Source: Bacteroidetes bacterium UKL13-3 | GTDB lineage: Bacteria > Bacteroidota > Bacteroidia > UKL13-3 | Direction of reading: 5' to 3' | Length of the DNA: 64,000 nucleotides | Assembly: GCA_001602415.1 (NCBI GenBank) | Contig: CP012155.1 | Span: 3,086,143-3,150,142 of the forward strand | Shown here: piece after piece, positions 1-9,396 of the stretch | Layout of the letters: the number at the start of each line of letters is the position of its first letter | How positions within the stretch are numbered: position 1 is the stretch's first letter | Program-made: the position numbers and the translations under genes | The notes under the pieces: generated by a model | The model's input: the letters and a program-made list of their open reading frames with translations, nothing else | What the model was told of the DNA's origin: nothing | Databases searched by the model: none

Positions 1-1056
1 TTGGGTAGGAGGGAAATAATCGTATTCGATGGCATAACCCGGACGGAACATTTTAGCATTTTCAAATCCGGGGATTAATTGAATAGCTTTATACTGGATG
101 TGATCGGGCAGAGAAGTAGAAAAGCCGTTAACATAAATTTCAACGGTATTCCAACCTTCGGGTTCTACAAAAATCTGGTGTCTATCACGCTCGGCAAAAC
201 GGTTAATTTTATCTTCGATAGAAGGGCAATAACGCGGACCTAACCCTTGTATGCGACCGGCATACATTGGTGATTCATCGAATCCGGTGCGTAAAATATC
301 GTGTACTTTTTCGTTGGTATAGGTTATCCAACACGGTCGTTGTTTCTCTTGTTTAACTGGAGCTGTTTCCGATGAGTAAGAGAATTTACTAGGATTCTCA
401 TCTCCATCTTGGCGCTCCATTGCATCATAATTTAATGTTCTTCCATCAATACGAGGTGGTGTACCCGTTTTCATTCGACCACTCTCAAAACCGAGTTGAA
501 TGAGTTGTTCTGTTAATCCCGAAGCCGCCTTTTCCCCTATCCGGCCACCGCCAAACTGTTTGGTTCCAATATGTATAATTCCATTTAAAAAAGTACCATT
601 TGTGAGTACCACAGCATCTGATTCAATGCGTTGTCCCATTCCAGTTATAACTCCCAACACGCGTCCATCTTCTACAATAAGTTCTCTAACCATATCTTGC
701 CAAAAATCAACATTTGGCGTTTTCTCCAATCGCTCTCTCCATTCTGCCGAAAACACCATTCTGTCGTTCTGCGTTCTTGGGCTCCACATAGCCGGTCCTT
801 TCGATAAATTCAACATCCGAAACTGTATGGTGGATTTATCGGAAACAATACCAGAATAGCCGCCCAAAGCATCAATTTCACGAACAATCTGACCCTTCGC
901 AATACCACCCATGGCCGGGTTGCAGCTCATCTGGGCAATTTTATTCATATCCATGGTGATTAGCAGCACCTTAGATCCAAGGTTAGCAGCAGCAGCTGCA
1001 GCCTCGCAGCCTGCATGACCAGCACCTACAACAATTACATTATACTTGTTAAACAT
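1..1056 (-). CDS. mnmG: tRNA uridine 5-carboxymethylaminomethyl modification enzyme MnmG (GidA). N-terminal about 352 aa; the C-terminus runs off the window edge.
   Basis: The reverse-strand translation starts MFNKYNVIVVGAGHAGCEAAAAAANLGSKVLLITMDMNKIAQMSCNPAMGGIAKGQIVREIDALGG (FAD dinucleotide fold GAGHAGCEAA). The ATG is at 1054-1056 and the ORF stays open to position 1. Confidence 0.9.
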   Translation of the reverse strand, partial: MFNKYNVIVVGAGHAGCEAAAAAANLGSKVLLITMDMNKIAQMSCNPAMGGIAKGQIVREIDALGGYSGIVSDKSTIQFRMLNLSKGPAMWSPRTQNDRMVFSAEWRERLEKTPNVDFWQDMVRELIVEDGRVLGVITGMGQRIESDAVVLTNGTFLNGIIHIGTKQFGGGRIGEKAASGLTEQLIQLGFESGRMKTGTPPRIDGRTLNYDAMERQDGDENPSKFSYSSETAPVKQEKQRPCWITYTNEKVHDILRTGFDESPMYAGRIQGLGPRYCPSIEDKINRFAERDRHQIFVEPEGWNTVEIYVNGFSTSLPDHIQYKAIQLIPGFENAKMFRPGYAIEYDYFPPTQ

Positions 1057-1101
1057 TTGACAATCAATAGTTTATAATAGAATTTCACGTGAAACATGGA
1101 A

Positions 1102-1572
1102 TTATTCACCTAGCAAAGATAGATAAAAATCCTCTTTCTCCCTCATTACACTTGCGTCTGCGGGCTTTTTGTCTTTATACCCACAAAGGTGAAGTATACC
1201 ATGTATGATAACGCGGTGGAGTTCATTGTTGATGGTTCTGTTTTCTGTTTTTGCATTCTCTTTCACACGATCAATGCTAATGTATATATCACCGGATATG
1301 ATATCATTCTCACAAAAATCAAATGTAATAATGTCCGTATAATAATCGTGGTTGAGGTGTTCCTTATTAACCGAAAGGAGATATTCATCTGAACAAAAGT
1401 TGAAGGATATTTCTCCAAGTGATTTTTTCTCCTTGGAAATAGTTTCTTTGATCCAACTGCGAAGGTTTTTTTTATGCTTTACTGTATAAGAAGTATCAAC
1501 AGTATTAAACGAAATTTCGCTAGTTAAGTAAGGTAACAAAACCGATAAAGACTTTTTCTTTTTCTCTGACAT
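1102..1572 (-). CDS. ybeY: rRNA maturation endoribonuclease YbeY
   Basis: 156 aa with the metal-binding motif HGILHLCGYKD (H-x3-H-x5-H-like YbeY signature) near the C-terminus. The size is typical. The 5' end overlaps the upstream ORF by about 50 nt, so the true start may be an internal GTG/TTG. Confidence 0.75.
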   Translation of the reverse strand: MSEKKKKSLSVLLPYLTSEISFNTVDTSYTVKHKKNLRSWIKETISKEKKSLGEISFNFCSDEYLLSVNKEHLNHDYYTDIITFDFCENDIISGDIYISIDRVKENAKTENRTINNELHRVIIHGILHLCGYKDKKPADASVMREKEDFYLSLLGE

Positions 1573-3301
1573 TGGTGCTTTGAATATAAATTTTGTAATA
1601 ATATACTCCCTGGGTGTTTAATATGCCATTTGAGTCTTTTCCATCCCAACCGGCACGTATGCCATTTAGGCTTATTAATTGAGCTCCCCAGCGGTCGTAA
1701 ATTTCCATTCGTGATCGGTTGTAATCAATAAACCGCCCTTCGGGCCTGAATGTTTTGTTTACACCATAAGGGAGGAAGGCCGTGGGAATAAAAACGGTTG
1801 GTGTACCCATTGCACAACCATGAGTAGAAAACGATTTTTCAATAGAGGTATTGATATCACCGTTATTTTGAACAGCTTCTACATAATAACAAATACCAGT
1901 TTCTCCTACTTGGGAAGGCAGATTTTCATCTATATATGAAGTGTCGTTTCCAGGCAACGATATAAGGAATTCGTAGTTTACTATTCCGTTATCATCACTC
2001 GTTCCTCGGTATAAATTATAATAATTTACTCCAGTGTTCCACGTGAAATATGGCTCCCAATAAATGAGGTTTTTTAACTCGTGGCCAATTGCCGTAAGTG
2101 ACGAATAGCGAGATTTATTGGTAACTGGAAAACTTTCATTACAGGCATTGTAGGCTGTTGCCAGAAAATACTTTTGATTTGTACTAAATGGAATTACAAC
2201 TTCGTATTGGGTTTTATTTTGGTTAGCAGATGAAATGTTAGCAATATCGGTATAGGAGCCGTTTAAAGTTGTGCTCCACCTAATAGCGTATTTACTTACT
2301 TCCTCACTTGGGTTATAAATATGAATGATTGTATTTTCTTCAATAGGTTGATCAATTGACACAACCGATAGGTATGAGTTTAGTGGTTCGGAACGATAAC
2401 GTGTATTCAGTAAAACGCTATTGGAAGAAGAAGAAATGATACGGCCAGGTGCATCTTTGAAAGCGCGAATAAAATAATGGTATCTGGTTCCGAGTGTAAA
2501 CGTATCCGTGTATGTTGTTTGAGGAGGCGAAACAGAATCGATTAGTTCATATTCGCCAGATTCTTTTTGTCTGTAGATACAGTAACTCCTTATAGCATTC
2601 CAACCAATATAAGGTGTCCATGAAAGGGTTGTTTTGCGATCACAAGTGTCCCAAGAATTAGTTAAGTACATGGAAACGTGTTGATTAAGCTCAAAAACCG
2701 TTTCTAGGCCACAACTATCAACACTGCTTAAATCGTATCTAAGTGGCTCTGCAGCAGGCGTTGAGCCAATTCTTGTGTCAATATAGAATGTATCTTTACT
2801 AAACGGAAAAATAGGGGTGTTAACACCTTTAATACTATACAGTTTAAAGTAAGAAAAATCAGGAGAACGATTCATTGTCCATCCAATATAGGGCGTGTTT
2901 GTAAGCCGGTCAATACTTACCGAATCTAGGAATACCGTTTCTGGAGGTGTTCTATCAACTAAAACGGTATCAGATCTTGTTTCATAATCGGGTCCGCAGC
3001 TATCGGTAATGCTGATATAGTATGACCAGTTTTTGGTTCCTCCGTTATTCGCATCGATATGTGTGTATTGAGAGGCACCTTTAAAGGGTATCGAATCTAT
3101 AAGAAAAAACTGCCCAAATGATCCGATCCGCCCCCAAATTTTGTACTGAAAATAGCCACCACAAGTGTCGGAAGATGGGTTAAAATAGATGTCGTTATTA
3201 ATACTGCTAACACAAATGCGCCTTATTTTAACCGGAGTATCTGCATTGTTATTTAGATACAGCAGGAGAAATATACAGAAAAGGGGCACACGAAGATTCA
3301 T
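1520..3301 (-). CDS. secreted protein with a probable T9SS (Por) C-terminal sorting domain
   Basis: 593 aa. N-terminal signal peptide MNLRVPLFCIFLLLYLNNNA. Ser/Thr/Asn-rich beta-rich body. C-terminal about 80 aa resembles T9SS CTD domains (...GVYYYKIYIQSTNVREKEKVFIGFVTLLN). Confidence 0.55.
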   Translation of the reverse strand: MNLRVPLFCIFLLLYLNNNADTPVKIRRICVSSINNDIYFNPSSDTCGGYFQYKIWGRIGSFGQFFLIDSIPFKGASQYTHIDANNGGTKNWSYYISITDSCGPDYETRSDTVLVDRTPPETVFLDSVSIDRLTNTPYIGWTMNRSPDFSYFKLYSIKGVNTPIFPFSKDTFYIDTRIGSTPAAEPLRYDLSSVDSCGLETVFELNQHVSMYLTNSWDTCDRKTTLSWTPYIGWNAIRSYCIYRQKESGEYELIDSVSPPQTTYTDTFTLGTRYHYFIRAFKDAPGRIISSSSNSVLLNTRYRSEPLNSYLSVVSIDQPIEENTIIHIYNPSEEVSKYAIRWSTTLNGSYTDIANISSANQNKTQYEVVIPFSTNQKYFLATAYNACNESFPVTNKSRYSSLTAIGHELKNLIYWEPYFTWNTGVNYYNLYRGTSDDNGIVNYEFLISLPGNDTSYIDENLPSQVGETGICYYVEAVQNNGDINTSIEKSFSTHGCAMGTPTVFIPTAFLPYGVNKTFRPEGRFIDYNRSRMEIYDRWGAQLISLNGIRAGWDGKDSNGILNTQGVYYYKIYIQSTNVREKEKVFIGFVTLLN

Positions 3302-3303
3302 AT

Positions 3304-4581
3304 TTATTTACGGCCAACAATTATTGTTGTGAGGTCTTTTTCTTGTAGGTATTGATTCGCCAATAACTGTATCTCAAATGCAGAAATGGCTCTTATAGTT
3401 TCAACGAATTCTGTGTAATAATCATATGTGAATCCATAATCTAATATCATTTTATATCTATCGGCTAATGAAAACGGCCCGTCAATACTTCTTAAAAACG
3501 ACCCCAATAAATAATTTTTAACCAAATTCAATTCATCTGCACCAATAGGGTTTTCTCTCAAATCAGCAATCTCTTTCAAAATCTCAGTAACACCGGTATC
3601 CCGTAATTCGTTGTTTATTTCTGTTTCGATATAAAACGACCCTGCGTCTAAATAGGATTCCATAGCAGAATAAATGCCATACGTAAGCCCCTTTTCCTCA
3701 CGAATATTCTTCATCAACCTAGACCCAAAGAACCCACCCAAAGCCATGTTTAGAACTTGCATCTTTTTAAAATCGGGATGTTTTCTTCCAAACAGTTTTC
3801 TTCCAATTCGAACTGCTGATTGCACGGAATGGGGGTTTTCTAAGATTATCTTTTCCGGAATGTTTCCAGTTAATACAACCTCTTTTGAGGGTGACGGGCT
3901 AGAGGAAAGGTTTACAAGGAACGACTCTAGCTGTGAAATTACAACTCCTGTCGCTTCACCTGAAATCATTACATATTTAATACCCGGGAGGATATTGTTT
4001 TGATAAAACGTGGAAACCGTTTCACGTGAAATATTGGCGTAATCTTCTTGATTTACAGCACTTCCATAAGCATTGTTCTTTCCAAAAATGGAACTGTAAA
4101 ATGCCCTTCTGTTGAGGAATGAATTGCGTTGTTGGTTAACCGAAAAGCGCTGTATTGCATTTGTTTTGTATGTATCTAGTTCCTTTTCGGGAAAGGAACA
4201 GTCGGTTAAAACCGCTATTACATATTCCATTACTTGTGGTAAAAACTTGGGCAAACAATATAAGGTTAACTGTGCATCATCTACATTTGTTTTGGATTGT
4301 AAATAAGCGCCAAAAGCATCTAGTTTATCTGCAAGTTCCTTACTTGAATATTTCGAAGTGCCTTCAGTGAGCATGCTTCCTGTTGCTGTTGCTTGGCCAT
4401 TAAAAAGCTGATTTCGCATTCCAGCATTAAACACAAAGTCTATCTTCAAAACATTGCTCTCTGCCACATGTAAATAATGGAAGGGAATATTGTTTTGTGT
4501 TGTATAACTCGACCCATGCAAAAAATTCATGTTTGCAATAATGCTACTCTTGGGTGCAATTGTTCTGTTTAAGTTATCCAT
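3304..4581 (-). CDS. M16 family peptidase-like protein (no HxxEH; likely non-catalytic partner)
   Basis: 425 aa, insulinase-like fold. It sits in tandem, with overlapping stop/start, with the upstream HxxEH-containing M16 gene. Confidence 0.7.
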   Translation of the reverse strand: MDNLNRTIAPKSSIIANMNFLHGSSYTTQNNIPFHYLHVAESNVLKIDFVFNAGMRNQLFNGQATATGSMLTEGTSKYSSKELADKLDAFGAYLQSKTNVDDAQLTLYCLPKFLPQVMEYVIAVLTDCSFPEKELDTYKTNAIQRFSVNQQRNSFLNRRAFYSSIFGKNNAYGSAVNQEDYANISRETVSTFYQNNILPGIKYVMISGEATGVVISQLESFLVNLSSSPSPSKEVVLTGNIPEKIILENPHSVQSAVRIGRKLFGRKHPDFKKMQVLNMALGGFFGSRLMKNIREEKGLTYGIYSAMESYLDAGSFYIETEINNELRDTGVTEILKEIADLRENPIGADELNLVKNYLLGSFLRSIDGPFSLADRYKMILDYGFTYDYYTEFVETIRAISAFEIQLLANQYLQEKDLTTIIVGRK

Positions 4582-5818
4582 GTTGTTTTGCTAAATACTG
4601 AAGTGTCGAACAATTGTTAGGGGAGAATAAGTTATGGGCAACTCGGGAAATATCGTTTGTGCTAATATTGTTGTATTGGTTAACCTCTTCGTTTACCAGG
4701 TTAATGTTGCCCAACAAACAGCAATAGGCAAGCTTCATTGCCTTATTTAACACACCAATGTCATTAAATCGGATATTGGTTTCTGTCTTGTTTTTTACCT
4801 TTTGTAATTCAGCATCAGGAATACTTTTCTGGCAGAAATCAAGGAGCACCTTTTCAATTTCCATTTCACCCGTTTGGATTGAAACACTCGGTAATAGTTT
4901 TCCTTCAATAACCAGTAAACCCGCATCTATATCACCGGTTAAATAACAATCTAGCTCGCTAAACAATCTGTTTTCTTTAACTAAGGCGTTATATAACCTA
5001 GCCGATTTTCCTGAACCTAGCATGTCGGAAATTAAATCGGTTACGTAATAGTCGGGATGTTTTCGCGGTACTGTATGGTATGCTTTTACCAATAAATCTT
5101 GTGGAACATTAGCTTCAACTTTTGCTAATCGGGGTTCGAGTTGCTTCGGTTCTTGTTCATATTTAGGTTTCTGATTAACCTGTGCAGGTATGGGACCAAA
5201 CCATTTTTGTGTTAATTGTGTTGCTTTTTCGAGGGAGATATTTCCGGCAATAACCAGAATAGCGTTGTTCGGACAATAATAGTTTTTGAAAAAAGCTCTC
5301 ACATCTTCGAGCGTAGCATCCTGAATATGTGAAATATCTTTACCAATTGTTGGCCAGCGATATGGGTGTTTTTGATAGGCTAGCGGGAGTAGCTTTAGCC
5401 ACACATCTCCATAAGGAGGGTTCAAATAGCGCTCTTTGTATTCTTCAATAACCACGTTTTTTTGTACACCCAAGGATTGCTGACTAAAATCTAAGCTCAA
5501 CATTCTATCCGATTCTAACCAAAACCCGGTTTCAATGTTGGGAGCAGGCAGGGTAAGATAATAGTTGGTAATGTCGTTGCTCGTAAAAGCATTGCTCTCT
5601 CCTCCGGCAAACTGAAGTGGTTCATCAAACTTTGGAATGTTTACCGAACCACCGAACATGAGGTGTTCGAACAAATGTGCAAATCCGGTTTTTTCAGAAT
5701 GTTCGTATTTCGACCCAACGTCATACAAAGTATTTAATACACAAAGTTGTGTCGACTCATCTAGGTGATGAATTACTTTTAAACCGTTGTCGAGTTGGAA
5801 AAAGGTGTAGTTGATCAA
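4574..5818 (-). CDS. M16 family zinc metallopeptidase (pitrilysin/insulinase-like)
   Basis: 414 aa with the inverted zinc-binding motif HLFEHLMFGGS (HxxEH) near the N-terminus. Confidence 0.8.
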   Translation of the reverse strand: MINYTFFQLDNGLKVIHHLDESTQLCVLNTLYDVGSKYEHSEKTGFAHLFEHLMFGGSVNIPKFDEPLQFAGGESNAFTSNDITNYYLTLPAPNIETGFWLESDRMLSLDFSQQSLGVQKNVVIEEYKERYLNPPYGDVWLKLLPLAYQKHPYRWPTIGKDISHIQDATLEDVRAFFKNYYCPNNAILVIAGNISLEKATQLTQKWFGPIPAQVNQKPKYEQEPKQLEPRLAKVEANVPQDLLVKAYHTVPRKHPDYYVTDLISDMLGSGKSARLYNALVKENRLFSELDCYLTGDIDAGLLVIEGKLLPSVSIQTGEMEIEKVLLDFCQKSIPDAELQKVKNKTETNIRFNDIGVLNKAMKLAYCCLLGNINLVNEEVNQYNNISTNDISRVAHNLFSPNNCSTLQYLAKQHG

Positions 5819-6098
5819 AGTTCTTAGGTGTTATAAACAATATGTAACAAATTTAGGCCTTAATATTCGCTTAAATGCACTCACCCCCTGTTCCGAGGCA
5901 ATCACTATGGCACAATCGAGATAGTTTATTAGACACCCCCAAAAAAGGGTCTGCCAAACTCATTGTCTATCAGCAGAATAAGGCTTTTACGCAAAAAAGG
6001 TAGTTAACATTGGTTGAAAAGAGGGTTGTTATGAAAAAAGAAATTGCATAAGCCAACCAACAAACTGATTTATCTCTTGCTGAATGCTGTGAGGAACT

Positions 6099-7706
6099 AT
6101 GGCCGAGATGTGGAAAAATAAAGGTACTTTTGCACCAGAGATAAGAATTATGTATAAACGAGGAACAACAGGAAAAGGTTCGGATAGGCCGAAGTCTGAT
6201 AAAAAACCATTTAACAAATCAAACGGATCAAAAACAAGAAGTTCCGAAGGCGCATCAAAAAGGCCTTACGGAACACGCTCCGAAGGTTCGTTAAGAGATG
6301 AAACAAAAAAGCCATTTGGCCGCTCTTCAGCTCCACGAGGAAGAGATTCGGAGAGACCATCGAGGGATGAAGGTAAAAGGCCTTACGGAAAATCAACAAG
6401 AGACGATTCAAAATCTTTTGATAAAGCACCACGCAGAACCCGTCCGTTTGGTGATGATAAACCCGCAGGAAGAAATTACTCAGACAGAAAACCGGCTGCA
6501 CCACGCAGCAATTTTAGAGATAAAGACGACTCAAAATCATTTGACAGAACACCACGCAAAACACGATCGTTTGGTGATGATAAACCCGCAGGAAGAAATT
6601 ACTCAGACAGAAAACCGGCTGCACCACGCAGTAATTTTAGAGACAAAGACGACTCAAAATCATTTGACAGAACGCCACGCAAAACGCGATCGTTTGGTGA
6701 TGATAAACCTGCCGGAAAAAGTTTTGGCGACAGCAAACCGCGCAGACCCAGAATTGGCAACAAAGAAGCACCTAAAACAAACCCATACAACAGAACGCCC
6801 CGCACAGCTAAACCCGTAAGCGAGGAAAAACCTAGTAAGTTTGGTGATCGTAAGGCAAGCAGAGAAGAAAGACCAGCTAATACAAAAGCTGATGGAACTT
6901 TGAGATCGCGTAGCGGAAGAGGGCCAAGCAAATCGGATTTATTGTTTGATAAACGCAAAGCACAAAAAGACGACAAACCTCAATCAGGAAATATTCGTTT
7001 GAACAGGTACATTGCCAACGCAGGTGTTTGCTCACGCAGAGAAGCTGACGATTTAATATTAGCAGGTGTAGTTACGGTAAACGGAAAAGCCGTTGAGGAA
7101 ATGGGTTATCAAGTAAAACCATCAGATGAAGTGCGTTACAACGGGCAACTCTTAAACCGTGAGAAAAAAGTATATTTACTGCTAAACAAACCCAAGGATG
7201 CTATCACCACGTTTGAAGATCCAGAAGGAAGAAGAACGGTGATGCAATTGTTTGGAAACGAATTGGGTGAACGCATTTACCCGGTTGGAAGATTGGACAG
7301 AAACACAACAGGCGTATTGTTATTTACCAATGATGGCGATGTGGCTCAGCGCTTAACACACCCTCGTTACGAAATGACAAAAGTGTACAAAGCAACCTTA
7401 GACAAAGTGTTTAAAGGAGAAGATTTGTGGCAACTTCAGAATGGCGTTGAGTTGGAAGATGGTTTTATCAAGCCAGATGCTATTGCCATTCCCGATCCAA
7501 AAAACAAAAACGAAGTTGGGGTGGAAATACACAGTGGAAAAAACCGAATTATTCACCGAATGTTCGAACACCTAGGCTACAAGGTAGATAAGCTAGATAG
7601 AGCATTATATGCCGGATTAACCAAAGGAAAACTAAAACGTGGCGAGTGGAGACACTTAACAGAGAAAGAATTAAACACGCTAAAACGCACACTGAAACTT
7701 TCATAA
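6099..7706 (+). CDS. rluB: 23S rRNA pseudouridine synthase (RluB/RsuA family) with a long N-terminal Arg/Lys/Asp-rich disordered repeat region
   Basis: The C-terminal half has an S4 domain (IRLNRYIANAGVCSRREADDLILAGVVTVNGK) and the pseudouridine synthase catalytic motif PVGRLDRNTTGVLLFTNDGD. The N-terminal about 280 aa are low-complexity basic repeats. The start may be the internal M at about 6150. Confidence 0.8.
   Translation: MAEMWKNKGTFAPEIRIMYKRGTTGKGSDRPKSDKKPFNKSNGSKTRSSEGASKRPYGTRSEGSLRDETKKPFGRSSAPRGRDSERPSRDEGKRPYGKSTRDDSKSFDKAPRRTRPFGDDKPAGRNYSDRKPAAPRSNFRDKDDSKSFDRTPRKTRSFGDDKPAGRNYSDRKPAAPRSNFRDKDDSKSFDRTPRKTRSFGDDKPAGKSFGDSKPRRPRIGNKEAPKTNPYNRTPRTAKPVSEEKPSKFGDRKASREERPANTKADGTLRSRSGRGPSKSDLLFDKRKAQKDDKPQSGNIRLNRYIANAGVCSRREADDLILAGVVTVNGKAVEEMGYQVKPSDEVRYNGQLLNREKKVYLLLNKPKDAITTFEDPEGRRTVMQLFGNELGERIYPVGRLDRNTTGVLLFTNDGDVAQRLTHPRYEMTKVYKATLDKVFKGEDLWQLQNGVELEDGFIKPDAIAIPDPKNKNEVGVEIHSGKNRIIHRMFEHLGYKVDKLDRALYAGLTKGKLKRGEWRHLTEKELNTLKRTLKLS
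6402..6750 (+). repeat. in-frame tandem repeat of 123 bp (41 codons), about 2.8 copies, inside rluB
   Basis: Units at 6402-6524, 6525-6647 and 6648-about 6750 encode DDSKSFD(K/R)(A/T)PR(R/K)TR(P/S)FGDDKPAGRNYSDRKPAAPRSNFRDK. The DNA copies are near-identical. Confidence 0.85.
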
Positions 7707-7763
7707 GGTAAATACTGCATTTATATCAGAAAAAACTAAATTTGGACCTTTAAACTTAAAACT

Positions 7764-7958
7764 ATGTTTGGACTAGGCGGATCAGAAATGATCGTAATTT
7801 TACTTGTTGTGTTGCTTCTTTTTGGAGGTAAAAAAATTCCTGAATTAATGCGAGGACTGGGTAACGGAATCCGCGAGTTTAACGATGCTAAAAAGAGCGT
7901 TAAAACGCATTTAGAAGAAGGAATGAAAGAGAAAGAAACTAAAGAAGAAACTAAATAG
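7764..7958 (+). CDS. tatA: twin-arginine translocase subunit TatA/E
   Basis: 64 aa [39 protein letters not shown], the classic TatA N-terminal TM helix plus amphipathic helix. Confidence 0.85.
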   Translation: MFGLGGSEMIVILLVVLLLFGGKKIPELMRGLGNGIREFNDAKKSVKTHLEEGMKEKETKEETK

Positions 7959-9367
7959 TGGAAAGATACACTACACTCAACCACATTCAACACGACATTC
8001 AAAACAACAAGATCACTTTAGGTGGTCTTGTTTTGCATTATTTGAATAATATCGAAGCAAAAAAGCACCTGAATGCTTTTTTAGAAGTGTATGCAGATGA
8101 AGCCAAAACACAAGCCGAAATTATTCAGCAAAAAATTAAAAACGGAACTGCTGGAAAGCTTGCAGGGATGGTAATTGGACTGAAAGATAACATCTGTTAT
8201 AAAAACCATAAATCATCGGCATCATCAAAAATTTTAGAAGGATTTGAATCTGTATACTCAGCAACGATTGTTGAAAAACTATTGGCAGAAGATGCGATTA
8301 TAATAGGCCGACTGAATTGTGATGAGTTTGCGATGGGCGCATCAAACGAAAATTCAGCATACGGAAACGTGTTAAATGATGCAGATAATACAAGGGTTTC
8401 TGGTGGTTCATCGGGAGGCTCTGCAGTAGCTGTTCAAGCAAACTTGTGCTTAGCAACACTGGGCTCCGATACCGGAGGATCCATTCGTCAGCCGGCTGCT
8501 TTTTGCGGAGTGGTTGGGTTTAAACCAACGTATGGAAGAGTATCAAGATACGGCTTAATAGCCTATGCTTCATCGTTCGACCAAATTGGTCCAATTGCCA
8601 ACAGCGTGGAAGATGTTGCTTTGATTATGGGCGTAATTGCTGGTAAGGATGAAAAAGACGCAACAACATCTCCAAGAGAAGTTGAAGCTTATCATCCATT
8701 GCCTGAAGCAAAAAAATACAAAATCGCTTACATCAAAGAAGCGTTGTTTCACCCTGGAATGGACGAGGATGTAAAAACAATTACGCTCCAAAAAATTGAT
8801 AAATTAAAGGCGGAAGGCCACACGGTAGAAGAGGTGAGCTTTCCACTATTAGATACAGTTGTTCCTGCATATTATGTTATGACCACAGCCGAGGCGTCCT
8901 CTAATCTTTCCCGTTTTTCGGGATTATTATATGGTCATCGAAGCAAGGCCGCAACAAATCTTGAAACCACTTTTAAAAAATCGCGAAGCGAAGGTTTTGG
9001 AGCAGAGGTGAAACGAAGAATTATGTTGGGCACATTTGTGCTTTCTGCGGGCTTTTATGATGCCTATTATAGCAAAGCTCAAAAGGTAAGAAGAAAGGTG
9101 CAGCAAGAAACGGAAGCCATCTTGAGCCGATATGATTTTATTCTGTCGCCCGTAACACCGGGTACAGCATTCAAGTTTGGCGAAAAAAGCACCAATCCTG
9201 TAGAGATGTATTTAGCTGATATTTTTACAGTACACGCAAATATTTCGGGGCATCCGGCCATTTCCATTCCTGCCGGTACGCATCCCAACGGAATGCCAGT
9301 TGGCATTCAATTGTTGGGTAAACTATTTAACGAATCAGCATTGTTGGCCTTGGCGCAAACAATTTAA
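7958..9367 (+). CDS. gatA: Asp-tRNA(Asn)/Glu-tRNA(Gln) amidotransferase subunit A
   Basis: 469 aa with the amidase signature GGSSGGSAVAVQA and a Ser-cisSer-Lys region. The GTG start overlaps the last base of the tatA TAG. Confidence 0.85.
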   Translation: MERYTTLNHIQHDIQNNKITLGGLVLHYLNNIEAKKHLNAFLEVYADEAKTQAEIIQQKIKNGTAGKLAGMVIGLKDNICYKNHKSSASSKILEGFESVYSATIVEKLLAEDAIIIGRLNCDEFAMGASNENSAYGNVLNDADNTRVSGGSSGGSAVAVQANLCLATLGSDTGGSIRQPAAFCGVVGFKPTYGRVSRYGLIAYASSFDQIGPIANSVEDVALIMGVIAGKDEKDATTSPREVEAYHPLPEAKKYKIAYIKEALFHPGMDEDVKTITLQKIDKLKAEGHTVEEVSFPLLDTVVPAYYVMTTAEASSNLSRFSGLLYGHRSKAATNLETTFKKSRSEGFGAEVKRRIMLGTFVLSAGFYDAYYSKAQKVRRKVQQETEAILSRYDFILSPVTPGTAFKFGEKSTNPVEMYLADIFTVHANISGHPAISIPAGTHPNGMPVGIQLLGKLFNESALLALAQTI

Positions 9368-9396
9368 TTCACGCTTACTTAATCCGTATTCACGTA

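Noticed and set aside
3674-4370. Several 60-110-aa ORFs antisense to the M16 peptidase genes
   Set aside because: They lie embedded within a well-supported long CDS on the opposite strand. Typical spurious antisense ORFs.
6211-6976. ORFs 6211-6504(-), 6298-6819(+) and 6599-6976(-) overlapping rluB
   Set aside because: These are alternate-frame or antisense readings of the 123-bp tandem repeat. They are low-complexity and are considered spurious.
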